DNA of 64,000 nucleotides from Macrostomum lignano (Eukaryota), in contig NIVC01002412.1 in assembly GCA_002269645.1 (NCBI GenBank), positions 1-64,000 on the forward strand, written 5' to 3'. This document shows positions 20,988-32,579 of this stretch, piece after piece. The position numbers were made by a program, and so were the translations under genes. Under the pieces are notes generated by a model. It worked only from the letters and a program-made list of their open reading frames with translations. It was not told the origin of the DNA and did no database searches. The stretch's first letter is position 1. The number at the start of each line of letters is the position of its first letter.

Positions 20988-22785
20988 AGTGTGTCATTTA
21001 TAAATCGAAATCTTTGTAAAAATCTTCTTTGAATGAAGTTTACGAATGCTTATCGCTTGTTATTGATGCTAATCCGAATGTTTCAAACTCGCTTCCAAAT
21101 TGATAACGATGCTCTTATGGTGAAAATCAGTGAAAAGATTATTCAACTATCAAATACCCACTCAGATATTCGAGCACAAAATTCTGGCAAGAGTGTGGAT
21201 TCTTGATTGATGAATTCTAGATTATAAATATAGGAAGATTTCTGTCGTTCAACATTTTAAAGTAGAGTTAAAGATAGAAAGATATACTGTAGGCGTACCT
21301 ATCTTAAAACACCAAAATTTAGGAATGGTGACCACAGTGCGAATGGTATGGGAACAAGCGAGATTATATAGTTAAGGCAAGAAAGAGTGATAAGTTTTTT
21401 AATAGTAAGTGACAGCAGTTAAAAGTAAAAAATGCATGCATTAAAAGACATCAGACAAAGAAAATAATTTTTAAGGCAATGCATCTGCACTTTTGTTTTA
21501 CTCTGGCTCCAGTCTTTTTATCAAGAGTTGCTATTTTGAAAATATCCATTTCTGCGAAACCATAGAACACAATAAAACTGCAATTGGCAAACTAGCGCGT
21601 AAAGGCGTCTCCACTCCTACTTTGAACTTTGCTCATTAATTTATAGCAGTAAAAATAAATTTGGCAATATGAATAGGCCGATAAATCCAATGCAAATTAA
21701 GTATCATGAGTTTGTTGTCAGTGACCGCGACATTGAATTTCTGAGGCAGAATAGAAAAATAATGGTAGATCTTCCTGTAGACACTGAGCTACTGAAAGGT
21801 AATCACTATTCTTTCGGTTTTTATATCTGCGAGAAGTTTAAATGTTATCACTATCAGCTCAACACAACAACCTTTTGAGTATTAACATTTTGTTTCTTCC
21901 TGTCCTATCATATCTTTCTTTAACTATCCCAGTTCACTTGGAGCCTATATAGGCCCTGTTATAATTTTATTAGCTATTTCTTATTTTAACTATATTTTTT
22001 ATATCAGTTTTAGTGTAAAGGATTTAATTTAATATATTTTATTGTCTATAAAGATAAAAGGTAATTAGAATGCTTATTTTTGGCAATAATTTTGAGTTAT
22101 AACTCATATACCTATATTAACTTTTGAACAAGAAATTAATATATATTTACACATTATAATATTTTATTGCTATCTGAAATATTTTAACTATCTAATTATT
22201 TGCTTTTGATATAACTTTCTTTTATATATATATATAAATACATATGTTAAATTTGCATATATATTTACTAGTTTTATAATTTTTTATATTATGGTTATCA
22301 TTTATTAGCAAGTTAAAAACTGAAAACTGCACAATATGTTTACATTTTATATTTTAAATAAAATTGTACTTTATAATGTGTTTCTTAGTTTTAAATACAA
22401 AATGCCTAAATATACAATGTTTTGAATATTTTATTTATGTTTTTCTTTTTATGACTAAAATGACTTTTATATAGAAAATTTGAAAGAGCTACAAGTATAT
22501 GAACTATATCAACAATAAATTATCTTACTGATAATATCTGATACCATGTCCCATTGCCAGACCCTATGTGATACCTATGAACTAATACTAGCAAATAACT
22601 AACACCAAAAACTAGACCTTATGTCTAACACCCATAACCAGATCCAACCTGACACCCATGACCTGACACTCTCAAGTAGCTGGAAAATAGACAGTATCTG
22701 ACCTGACCTTAAAGAGTATCCCACACTGGCGTGACCCTATTGCATGAAATAACACACGAGTACTGGGCACCCATTGTTTGTTCAG

Positions 22786-25700
22786 ATTCAAACGCATTAG
22801 CTTCATCAAACCCCAACCTTATCTGACCCCATGTCGCACTGACCGAACCTCATTGCCAACCTGGCAGCTGCGGCAAAGCTGTGCGCTGGCCAGCCGAACC
22901 CGGCCCTGCTGCAGCGCATCTGCACGGGCGCCGCCTCGCCAGCCGACAGTGAGAAGCGCGCGCACGCTCTGGGCGTCCTGCTCCGCCTGTTCCGTCTGAC
23001 TCGCGACCTGCCGCCAAAGCTGCGCCAGCGAGATCGGCTGCGCGACGACCTGCGCCAGCTGAAATACCCGGAGCCCTGGATCGAGGGCCTGCTGGAGATG
23101 GCATTTGACGCCGGGTTAGTCAGTTCTGCCGAAATTTCTGCTCCTGTAAATATCTGCAGAAACGCTTTAGGTGACAGACCTGAGTACATACAAGAGCTAA
23201 TATACAAGGCACGCGCTCACACAGGGTGTACAGCGGCCCTCAACGACAACTCAATAAGTAGAAGCACGGGAAGCTACGTTTCTTAGAAAATGTTTATGAG
23301 GCTGGTTTTAACCGAAAATACACTACAGAGATAGGACTTCTTTCATATTACGAGGTGTGTCCCAGAAGTAGTGTCACTTTTGCTTGCTTCCACAAGTATC
23401 GCTTTTGACGCTCTAGATGGGACTTTGGACATTCGGAATAAGACTGCATAGGATCGCAAGCAAGGCCAGGCTAGCCACGGCCAGAGCATGCCCAGTCTTA
23501 GCTGCAGGAATGGCTTGGCCATAGACTAAAAAATGGAATATCAAAATGAGAATAAGACGCTCAATATGAGACTGAGTGTGAAAGCCTTCAGATATCGCTC
23601 TAACCCTCTGACCCTCAGCCAGCTCTCCTTCTTCACCCCTTGGGTTGCATCTGACCCCTTGGATTTCACTGTGATGGCACCATCGATTCCTGCAGCAGAC
23701 CGTCAGAAATTGCCTAATTTCTCCTTAGCTGTTTGTATGGTGACTGCCAAAAAGCAAATAAATTGCGTTCACTCCCGGTCTCATATTGAGCGTCTTATTC
23801 TCATTTTGATATTCCATTTTTTAGTCTGTGGCCAAGCCATTCCTGCAGCTGAGACTGGGCATGCTCTGGCCGTGGCTAGCCTGGCCTTGCTTGCGATCCT
23901 ATGCAGTCTTATTTTGAATGTCTGAAGTCTTATCTAGAGCGTCAAAAGCGATATTAATGCGTGTTAAAAAATCATATGCCTTTAAAGTTAGTGGCTTATT
24001 TTAGCTTTCATACAACGAAAGTCCGATCTTTATAAGTGCTTCCTGCTGTAAGCAGCATGCATTTGTTCGCATACCCTTGGCCATAGAAATACACACCGCA
24101 TAGTGCTTCTATGCTCACTCAGAAGAAAGCCACAAGTAGAGCTGATCAAGCACAGAGTTGCAAGAAAGCAGCTGCAAGATCTGTTCCAGTCATGGACCCT
24201 AACTTTTGGATAAGTTGGCAACTCACTGCCGGCCGCCTCGCACTGTTCGATCCACCTGTAAACTGTCGCCGACTGATGGCATCGGGAGTCAGGACCGTGA
24301 ATGCGGGTCAGGTTTTCGTGAATATCAGGGCATTTCTGACCAAGACTCCAAAGTGTAAAAATCGCGTGTCTTTGCCCTTCTGTAGAGTGAAAGTTAGAGT
24401 CCATTGACATAAAATTCTTAATTTTTTGAGCGACAAGCTTTATAAATATCAATAGAGCTATAAGAAAGGCGCAACATATCAAAAGATAAACACTGGGTTC
24501 ACCGAATTCCACAGTTGCTCAAACACTCGCTTAGCTCAAATAAAGCGATCATTTTTTATTAGATGCAGATCCAAATGCTCATTTTGATCATACGCTCATA
24601 CAATGAACCCTGTCAACTCTCCATTTAAATGATTCTGATCCTTATTCAGTTTTCTAGACGCCGTGGACAAGTCGAAAAAGATTGACGCCCGCAGCGATCC
24701 AATGGAGGAGTTTTCCTGGAAAATCGACGTGAACATTTGCACCAGGTCTGTCGGTTGTTTCGTATTTTTGCTTTTAAATTTTTCAAGCTAGCTACTTTAA
24801 GTAGTTTAACTTTACTTTAAAACAAAAAAAATTCCATTTTTAGCAAGGTCGACAAAATTCTTGAGCCTACTGTGTTCATCAGCTTTCGGACAGGAGACAC
24901 ACCGCACTGCTTCGAAGTGAGTTGGCTGATTTTTTCTCACCTACCACAATATTCACACTTAATCTTCAATCACAAGTGAAACCGACAGGGGCGTCGCCAT
25001 GGATTTTATAGTGAGGGAGGACAAAGCCAAATTCTGCATGTACATGACTAAATTTCTATATGTACATTATCGGTGTTGTAAGCGCTCGTTTTAGCGCCGC
25101 GGGCACTCATTTTAGCGCCGCAGGCACTCTTTTTGGTGCCGCAGTCGTTGTTCTGTCGCCCTGAAGCAAAATGATTGATTTCCACTACGGGTCAAAGCAA
25201 AGGTGGGGTTGGGGGACAAATCATTGGCATGTCTTCCCATAGCTTTTACTGGGGGAGCATGCCCCCGCCCGGTGGCGACGCCCCTGGAAACCGAACTTCT
25301 TGCCACCCCTGCCCACAATTTACATGTACATTTCCCTTCCAGCCCTCGCTCAATGTACACCGTCTCTCCTCCAATCCTCACTCATAATGTATACTGGCTC
25401 TCTTCCAACCCTCACCCATAATGCACATGTACACGGTCTCTTTTCCAACCCTCACCCATAATGTACATGTACACCGGCTCTTCCAACCCTCACCCATAAT
25501 GTATACGGTCTCTTTTCCAATCCTCACCCATAATGTACACCGGCTCTTCCAACCCTCACCCATAATGTACACGGTCTCTCTTCCAACCCTCACCCATAAT
25601 GTACACCGGCTCTTCCAACCCTCACCCATAATGTACACGGTCTCTCTTCCAACCCTCACCCATAATGTACACTGACTCTCTTCCAATCCTCGCCCATACT

Positions 25701-25960
25701 GTAATGTAATCTCTTCTCTTCCAGTTCAAATCTCACTATACTCTCACTATATCTCACTCCCGCTATATAGTCTCTTCAAACCATCATCATAATGTACATT
25801 CACTTCCTTCCAACTCTCAACAATCTCATACTCAACAAGAGTTCGCCTATTTTTTCAGGTTCCTCTGTCAAAATTTCATCAACTTCGCTTCACAGTGGCT
25901 GATCTGCTCAGAGATATGACCCAGTTGGAGAATCACCCGGCAGTTAAGCTGGACGCTTAG
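22786..25960 (+). CDS. COMMD5: COMM domain protein 5; exons ~22786/22831..23114, 24650..24745, 24844..24916, 25859..25960; 5' end unresolved or disrupted
   Basis: FSWKIDVNICTS, then FEVPLSKFHQLRFTVADLLRDM, matching the COMMD5 C-terminal pattern. The downstream junctions are GT-AG and in phase. There is an in-frame TGA at 22840-42. Confidence 0.82.
23397..23953. mobile_element. Foldback MITE with ~176 bp inverted arms (23397-23572 / 23778-23953) and TA-like ends
   Basis: The arms are near-perfect reverse complements around a 205 bp spacer. Confidence 0.85.
24030..24410 (-). mobile_element. Mariner transposase N-terminal HTH remnant in a COMMD5 intron
   Basis: EGQRHAIFTLWSLGQKCPDIHENLTRIHG...SATVYRWIEQ resembles mariner HTH_48. 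A mariner-like end TACGAGGTGTGTCCCAGAAG lies at 23349. Confidence 0.65.
24986..25286. mobile_element. hAT-like MITE, copy 2, with perfect 8-bp TSD
   Basis: TIR CAGGGGCGTCGCCA/TGGCGACGCCCCTG. GAAACCGA is duplicated at 24978-85 and 25287-94. Confidence 0.92.
25340..25700. repeat. Minisatellite of alternating 32/34 bp units (66 bp dimer), TCTTCCAACCCTCACCCATAATGTACAC...
   Basis: Direct inspection; lies in COMMD5's last intron. Confidence 0.9.
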
Positions 25961-27004
25961 CTACTACTATCAATAGTAATATTTACTTTGTCTGATTGAC
26001 TCGTGCCTTGCAATTCTTCTATATTGAAAATTTGACTTACCAAGCAAATTAATGCCAGTTAATTGTACTAATCAAATTAGATTGAGGAAATCACCGCTGA
26101 TAATCAAGTTTTGCTCAATTTGTTTTGTGTAATTTGCTTTGTACTTTACTTGCGACGTTGCCAGATCAGCAAGCACCTAACAGTCCCAACTGTCAATGTA
26201 CAGTAACAACAATTATTCAATAAAAATAGCATTGCCAGCAACAATTATTGGTTATTATTGTTACGGTCGAAAAAAGCGTTGTGAAAAACTAATTGTCAAT
26301 TCAGTCTGTATTGCTATTATTTGCTTTAATTAGTAGATGTACAGAAAGAATAGAATAAAATTACAATCAAGACTTGATTATGCCTTCAAAAAATTGTCAC
26401 TAAGGAAAGCTCAAGAAAATGTCTGTAAAATCTTTTTTTAAAGCACAATGTAATAAAATTTTTAAACATTGAGTAATTAGCACACACCAATATAGGAGTG
26501 TGTCTACATGCGTAAAAAGTCACTTTAATTGAATGCTACAAAGCAATCGAATACTTGATCAGCGTGCTTAAAACTAATTTGGCGAACAAAAATTCTACAT
26601 AATTTCAACTGCACTTCAATGTACTTCAAAATGAGAGCTCTTTATGAACTAAACTAGGAAAAAGGATAAATTCAGACTATCTGTTTGTATTAAAAATTAA
26701 AAGTGAGCTTCAATTTAGTAGATTTGAGAGTAAAAAAGATAAAATATGCAAAATGATAAAAATGGGTAAATTTTTGGTTTAATATGAGAAAGAGATAAAA
26801 ATATCGAGAAAACCTCAACCACACTACAAGGCAACCACTTCATCAAAATTGTAAGGGGGTTTTAGCACAGATTATTATTACAAAGTTACTTCAACGAGGA
26901 ATTTTTTAGGCCGTGCTAACGTCAAGCGGAAATTTTTTGTCAATTGTCCATCATAGCTAGCTCCGACTTTATCTTGCCGATTGTAAAAGCAGAGTGCGAT
27001 AAAA

Positions 27005-27265
27005 GGCCTGTCAACTCAAGCTCATAAAGTGGAGCCCGAGTAACCTGTGTACACAAGTGATACGTCATTCTGCTCACAGTGACATCAGGAAGCTGGGTTT
27101 GGCAAAAAGCGACGAAAGTTGGCTTGGGATAAGGGAGAACAAGCAAGGGGACAATTGGGAATATTACATGTATGTCAACTCAGCTCATAAAGTGGAGTCC
27201 CCAATTATCACCTTGCTTATTCTCCCCTTTAAGGGCTCTACTTAATGAGCTCAAGTTGACAGGCC
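27005..27265. mobile_element. MITE with ~33 bp imperfect TIRs (GGCCTGTCAACT..AGCTCAT.AAGT.GAGCCC)
   Basis: Inverted termini seen and a second copy at 16627-16788. No clear TSD. Confidence 0.75.
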
Positions 27266-27585
27266 CTTTCTTCATGGAATACCAGAAATTTCTGGGCGAT
27301 TGCTTCTTAAAATTTTGACGCAAGGACACTACAAGTTCGTTACGATTGTATCAGGGCATAACACTGGTTCTATCTGCCATCTTATTTGAAGTACCGATTT
27401 CGCTTTAAAATGGATTGGCAAAATATAAAATCCACATTTTGAAGCACTTAATGGATGATTTATGGCCTTCCGCTATTAAGACGGTGTTTTTTGTATTTAA
27501 GAGCTTGTTACATCCTGATGTAACCGTAACTTTTTGTGATTGTTAGCTTAACGCTTAGCAAAAATTTAAGTCAAGCCAAGCAATC

Positions 27586-28572
27586 TCATTGCTCGTCTTC
27601 CTTATGAGAGCTGGATCGATGCCTTTGCCGCTCCGTGCCCACAACTAACAAATCGGACCAAGAGCGCAGAGTCCTGTCACCGACTAGAACAAGAAAAGCG
27701 GCCAATAGGTTCGGTGGCACGGTGTCCGATGCTATTGCACCTCTGGCTCCTTGCAGCGCGCTCATATACTGATCTCGACAGAGGGTCATCGATCCAGAGG
27801 AGTTCCTCCGTTTGTCAAAGTTAAACAACAATGGCACCTTCATACAGTCCATTTGCATGAGAAGCGCCGAGCAGAGCAGTCGGCTCGTGCGGCCATTACC
27901 ATCTCTGTACGGATGAATGAGTAGGAAGCGCTCTAGAAACACGGCAGCTAGTTTGAAAGCGTCTCCGCGGTTGCGAGTTGTCATTGATTGCTCTGAGCAG
28001 TAGTTGAACAGCACCTCTAATTCGGCAGGTATCTGCTCCCAATTCAAGTACTGAAAGGTTGAGTCGCGTGGCGCGGCATCGCATGTACGAAAATTCCCAG
28101 CGTCTTGAGCGTTCGGCATCACCAACTTGTGAACGCGATGCGCCAGGTTAACATCGAATGATACTTCGATTTTCGAGCGCAAATCCACGCCGAATAGGGT
28201 CTGGAGAGCTCGCTGGAGACTTTCAATTTCTGCCAAATCGTTCGCATCACACTGCTCAGCTTCACTAGGCATCAGGAACGCGTCGTCAATCGTGACAGAT
28301 TGACCACCGGAAAACGAACGAACTTCGTGCAGTGCATAAAGTCTGGCCACATTTTCAATTGAGTTCTGCCCGGAATCGCTAAGACAGCGCCGATATTCAA
28401 TACTGGTAGATTCCATTTCATCCGGCGATGCTAATAGCACCGTGTTTTCCAAGTACTCAAAATTGCCTAGCAATTCTTTTATTGTTTCGTCAGGTAGTAG
28501 AAGTGGGTCCAGACGATGGTCAAAGGTCACGGCCAAATGGTCCAGCTTTCGCAATTCCAGCTGCCGGGACAT
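27586..28572 (-). CDS. Fic-domain protein A (putative AMPylase), 328 aa in one exon; a short upstream exon is possible
   Basis: Intact motif HPYRDGNGRTSRLL, preceded by HRVHKLVM...AGNFRT and the flap region. No TM or TPR segments are visible. Confidence 0.9.
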   Translation of the reverse strand: MSRQLELRKLDHLAVTFDHRLDPLLLPDETIKELLGNFEYLENTVLLASPDEMESTSIEYRRCLSDSGQNSIENVARLYALHEVRSFSGGQSVTIDDAFLMPSEAEQCDANDLAEIESLQRALQTLFGVDLRSKIEVSFDVNLAHRVHKLVMPNAQDAGNFRTCDAAPRDSTFQYLNWEQIPAELEVLFNYCSEQSMTTRNRGDAFKLAAVFLERFLLIHPYRDGNGRTSRLLCSALLMQMDCMKVPLLFNFDKRRNSSGSMTLCRDQYMSALQGARGAIASDTVPPNLLAAFLVLVGDRTLRSWSDLLVVGTERQRHRSSSHKEDEQ

Positions 28573-28938
28573 CTGGCTGCTGAAATGGATGGAAGAAACT
28601 GTTTAAGATGTTAAAAGACCAGCAAACAAAGACAAAACAATGTACTACTCACTATACGTAATTATATACAAAATTTACTTAACATTACTGAAGTGATGCA
28701 TCTATTCTCCAACAACTTTCCATCCGAATATAACTGTTAGGATTTTGCTTCTGGCCAATGAAAGAACTTCAATTTACAATGAAAAGGATTCGATAAGAAA
28801 AATCTTCATCCGATCATTGAATCCCGATTCCCACCTTCGGCTTCTCGAGACTTTCTCAACCATTGTAACTTAGCTGGATAAGAAACACCGATTTGAACCA
28901 CAACCAGGGAGAATCATTCGAATGCATGGTCTTGCTTT

Positions 28939-29298
28939 GGGGGGCCGTAGCCCAGCGGTCTAGCGCAGGCTCTGATGTGCCAGTGACCCAGGCTCGATTC
29001 CAAGTGCAGTCACATTAATTTGGGGCTGAATTGAAGTCTTGGCTTGGCTCTGCTCGTGCAATTAACGGCCTTGAGAGCCAACCCCCAAGGCGCAGTGAAG
29101 TGTACATGCCTAACGATAATATAAAGTTAGGGCCGCTGTACACTCCTGTGTGAGTGTGTGCCTGCGTACGTATCTGCGCGCTTGTATGCCTGCTCAGAAG
29201 AGTCGGCGGAATGGGCAGTAATGCCTCACGCCGGTTGTGTGCCTATGTCGCTTAAAGTGCGCCAGGGTGCACACAACCCCCCTGCCTCTAATAAAAAA
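28939..29298 (+). mobile_element. tRNA-derived SINE, copy 1
   Basis: A-box TAGCCCAGCGG, B-box GGCTCGATTCC and A-rich tail. Flanks GGTCTTGCTT/GGTCTCGCTT look like a TSD. A second copy lies at 52210-52572. Confidence 0.88.
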
Positions 29299-30140
29299 GG
29301 TCTCGCTTATTTGGTTTTAACAATCAAACACTGAACACTTAAAACAAGACCCAAAAGATTAGAACACAAAATTAAAATAGCCTGTTAGGGCAATATACTC
29401 GTAGATCCAATTTTACCAAAGTGCTACAAGGAAGGTGACCACAAGATTCCCATTTTTTATATAGAGAAGGGATTCTGCTAACATTTTTTGGTCGCTCTGG
29501 TGCTAATAGTTCGTATAAGCACAAATGAAATCAAACTAAAAACACTTTGTTGTTCAAACAACATGTAAGGTATATTTAGGTACCGTACGATTTTACTTGA
29601 TACAAATTTATCAACTACATAATATACTATATATACAATTAAGACAATATTTGACAGTTGTTTCAACAAAAGCACGGTATACATACTTAAGCCTGCAGTG
29701 AGCTTGCAAATCCAGGACAAAATTGTGGAATTTGTTGTGAATGTGCATGCCCATTGCCATTAGTTCGTACTGATGAAAGTATACCAGTAAGTCAATATAT
29801 ATTGAATTCTAATTCACCAGATAGGAGCTACATCTCTTTTCCTTTTAACTCCTGAGTCGACTTCATTCATTTTGCTAGCAGCCACTATGGGAAACTCCTG
29901 TTTAAAAATACTCGACTAAGGTTTATGCTATTTGCATGAATTTTTAAACTTATGGCCACTGACATAAAACTGCACACAACAATAGCCAATCAAGTTCTGC
30001 TGCCAGAGTAGTAAATTAAATACCCATGCTTTAAGGGCGTTAATGACAAATCAGGGGCTTTACTGACAAAATAAACGCTGATAGTACTGTACATGATACA
30101 TACAAATTAGCAACAGACACTTCCAAACAATATAAAAAAA

Positions 30141-30884
30141 TTAGCTATAACAGAATAGAGCACGGTTTGCAACGGCTGCACCAAACAATGAGCCATCTTT
30201 TCCGTTTTCAACATCAGCAGCATCATCATCCACCAGTGATAGTTCCTGATTTCTAGAACAACAATATAGCCACTCGATCCAGCTGGTCACAGCCCTGTCC
30301 ACTGACGCCAATAAGTAGGCAGTTAACAAGCCTACATGGCCGCCGGGACCGCGGGCCTCGCGTAGACATCGCAAGAAGATATCTCTGGACTGAGAACTGG
30401 CCAGACAGATGGACACAGGTTCGAGCAGTAGCGGTCGCAACAGCAGAGCGCATAATAATCTGGCAGTTCTACCGTTGCCATCGCTGAATGGATGTATGGC
30501 CAGGTACTGTTCGATAAAGCTAGCTGCCAGGTGTACAGTCTCCAACAGGCTGCTATCAGATCGAATAGCGGCACGACAATTAGCAAATAGAACGTTTAGA
30601 CGATCTGAAATCTCTTCTGGTGGAGCGTAGTAAAAGTCCGGTTCATTCGCTGGCCGAGCCGGTCTAAGGCGGTAACTTCCAGGGTTGGGCAGCAGGTCTC
30701 GGCACACGATGGAGTGCAACTGACACGCTAGGCTGGGCGTGAACTCCGACGCAATGTCGTCAACGGCGGAGTGAATGCTTCTGTCAATATCGCCGAATAG
30801 AAATATCGCTGCGTCCCATAAATTGCGCGTCACTCGATGGGTCGTCGATAGGTTGGTCGGATTCGACGAAACCGGACAGAGGGC
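30141..30884 (-). CDS. Fic-domain protein B; main exon starts after an acceptor at 30885-86, upstream exon not resolved
   Basis: Intact motif HPFSDGNGRTARLL. It shares a C-terminal pattern with Fic A (RD.(Y/F)..(A/C)L..ARG...LL.A(F/Y)L....DR...SW). Confidence 0.88.
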   Translation of the reverse strand, partial: ALCPVSSNPTNLSTTHRVTRNLWDAAIFLFGDIDRSIHSAVDDIASEFTPSLACQLHSIVCRDLLPNPGSYRLRPARPANEPDFYYAPPEEISDRLNVLFANCRAAIRSDSSLLETVHLAASFIEQYLAIHPFSDGNGRTARLLCALLLRPLLLEPVSICLASSQSRDIFLRCLREARGPGGHVGLLTAYLLASVDRAVTSWIEWLYCCSRNQELSLVDDDAADVENGKDGSLFGAAVANRALFCYS

Positions 30885-31329
30885 CTGTAGATGGGCAAAT
30901 GAAAATACAATGTCGCAGTAAATTAGAGAAGCCATAGACAAAAAACAGGGTAGATATGATTTTACGATACGAAACTTCCAACAATCAAACACTGGTTAAA
31001 ATGCGTCGGCTAAAATCAGTAAAAAGTTACTTTCTCTAGATTTGGTACAGTTGTGGAATATCAAAGAGGAGCCTGAGCATTGTTCTTGACAATGATAGCG
31101 ACTTCGTAGAACGATTTAGACTGAATTAGAATACCTATGACGAGCTTGAGCACCAAATTGGTCCGTTATCGACGCATCCAACATGACACAGTTGTGCATT
31201 GACATCGAGTTAGCAAATTTTAACCACATTGCGCTTCTACGCTACTAATTTGTATTTGTGTTGGGGACGCTCATCGACCTTCTAAGGCCGCAAGCTGCCA
31301 AGTAGTGAAACGAGCCACCTATGTAATTA

Positions 31330-32210
31330 ATGAAACACTATTCCAAGATACTGAAAAATGGCCAATCAACAACGTAGAGAACCTATGCAGTGGTAAACTT
31401 CAATAACATCGGTGAAGTGCCTTAGGTATGTGGCGCATTGGATGGAACATTAGTCAACATAACGTGAGGATGAGGTGCGATTTGTAGACCGAAAGGGGAA
31501 CACTCGTTGAATCTCATGCTTGCTTTCGGACTGCAGCATCACCTCTTCTATGTGAATGCATCCTGGCCAGGATGTGTGAACGATGCACAGGTTTTTTGGA
31601 ACACTATCTTGTTTGACAGCTTTCAGCGATTTCGCTATTTCCCGAGTTGCACGTTGCTAGGCAACTCGATTTATCCATGCTTGCAATGGCTGATTCCTCC
31701 TGTCTCCTGTCAGAAACAGATTAATGCAGCTCATCGTCGTACCCGTAGCATTGTGGAAAGAGCAATTGGTCACTTGAAATAGGTTAATTGGTCACTATAT
31801 TCAGAACAGTCTCATCCAACACCATCTACTTACTATTGTCCACTTTCTTTATAGTTGCACTCTGCAGATTTTTCCACGTTATGCCACGAGTGTGCGGAGT
31901 CATTAGCTCAGCTCTTTGTATCCACTGCAGTGCAAAACGTTAATCTCCTGCCAAGAGGTCTTCTTCCTTCGACTGCCTTCGCCGATGTTGGAGAAGCTGT
32001 CGAATAGTATTTTCTTCCGTTCTAAAAACTCGTGCAAGAAGAGAATTTTGCTCCTTTGATAACATATTTAACCCTGGACTGAAGTCGTCTGAATGAGTGG
32101 TTTGCTTTCCAGACTTTGCTTGTTTCCCTTCTTTTTATCGCCTCTTGTGTGTGTATGCGAGCTGCTTGTGATGTCTCCTCTGAGTTTTCGTTATCCGATG
32201 GAATTTTCAA
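31330..32210. mobile_element. Decayed PIF/Harbinger element: DDE_Tnp_4 transposase remnant (+, ~31430-31782) and convergent Myb/SANT-like remnant (-, ~31900-32100)
   Basis: GALDGTLV*, WPGCVNDAQV, LLGNSIYP (D->N) and AHRRTRSIVERAIGHLK on plus. On minus, FLERKKILFDSFS...KKTSWQEI. Multiple stops. Confidence 0.78.
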
Positions 32211-32579
32211 AAATGGTGTTGTGACACATGGTACATGAATGACCGGATTTTACACACTGGTAATTATAGCTACTGATGTTATCGGGACTTCGTAAAGCTC
32301 GTTTTATCAAGGCAGATAATTTTGTAAAAATATCTTTATTCAGCTATCTTTAAACCTTGTTTATTCACTTTTCCTTAAATTAAAGAAGTATGCACCAGAA
32401 AGGAATATTAAACTAGCTAAATACACAATCAGTCTTTGTCTACAATCGAGAATCGATATTGACAGAGCTGTGACTCTCTCATCTCTTTCCGTCTCTTGGA
32501 CTGGTCAATAGATCAAGTTTTGATGTCGGACTCTTGGACTAATCGAGTGTTGATGCGAACGTAAGTTCTGTGAACGTCT

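Noticed and set aside
21033-21878. Short plus-strand ORFs in the MYRF/COMMD5 divergent interval
   Set aside because: No recognisable domain and no in-phase splice connection to COMMD5 found.
22840-22842. Selenocysteine or edited-stop recoding of in-frame stops
   Set aside because: No SECIS identified and the positions are not catalytic Cys sites. The paralog comparison (CGA->TGA) favours ordinary mutation.
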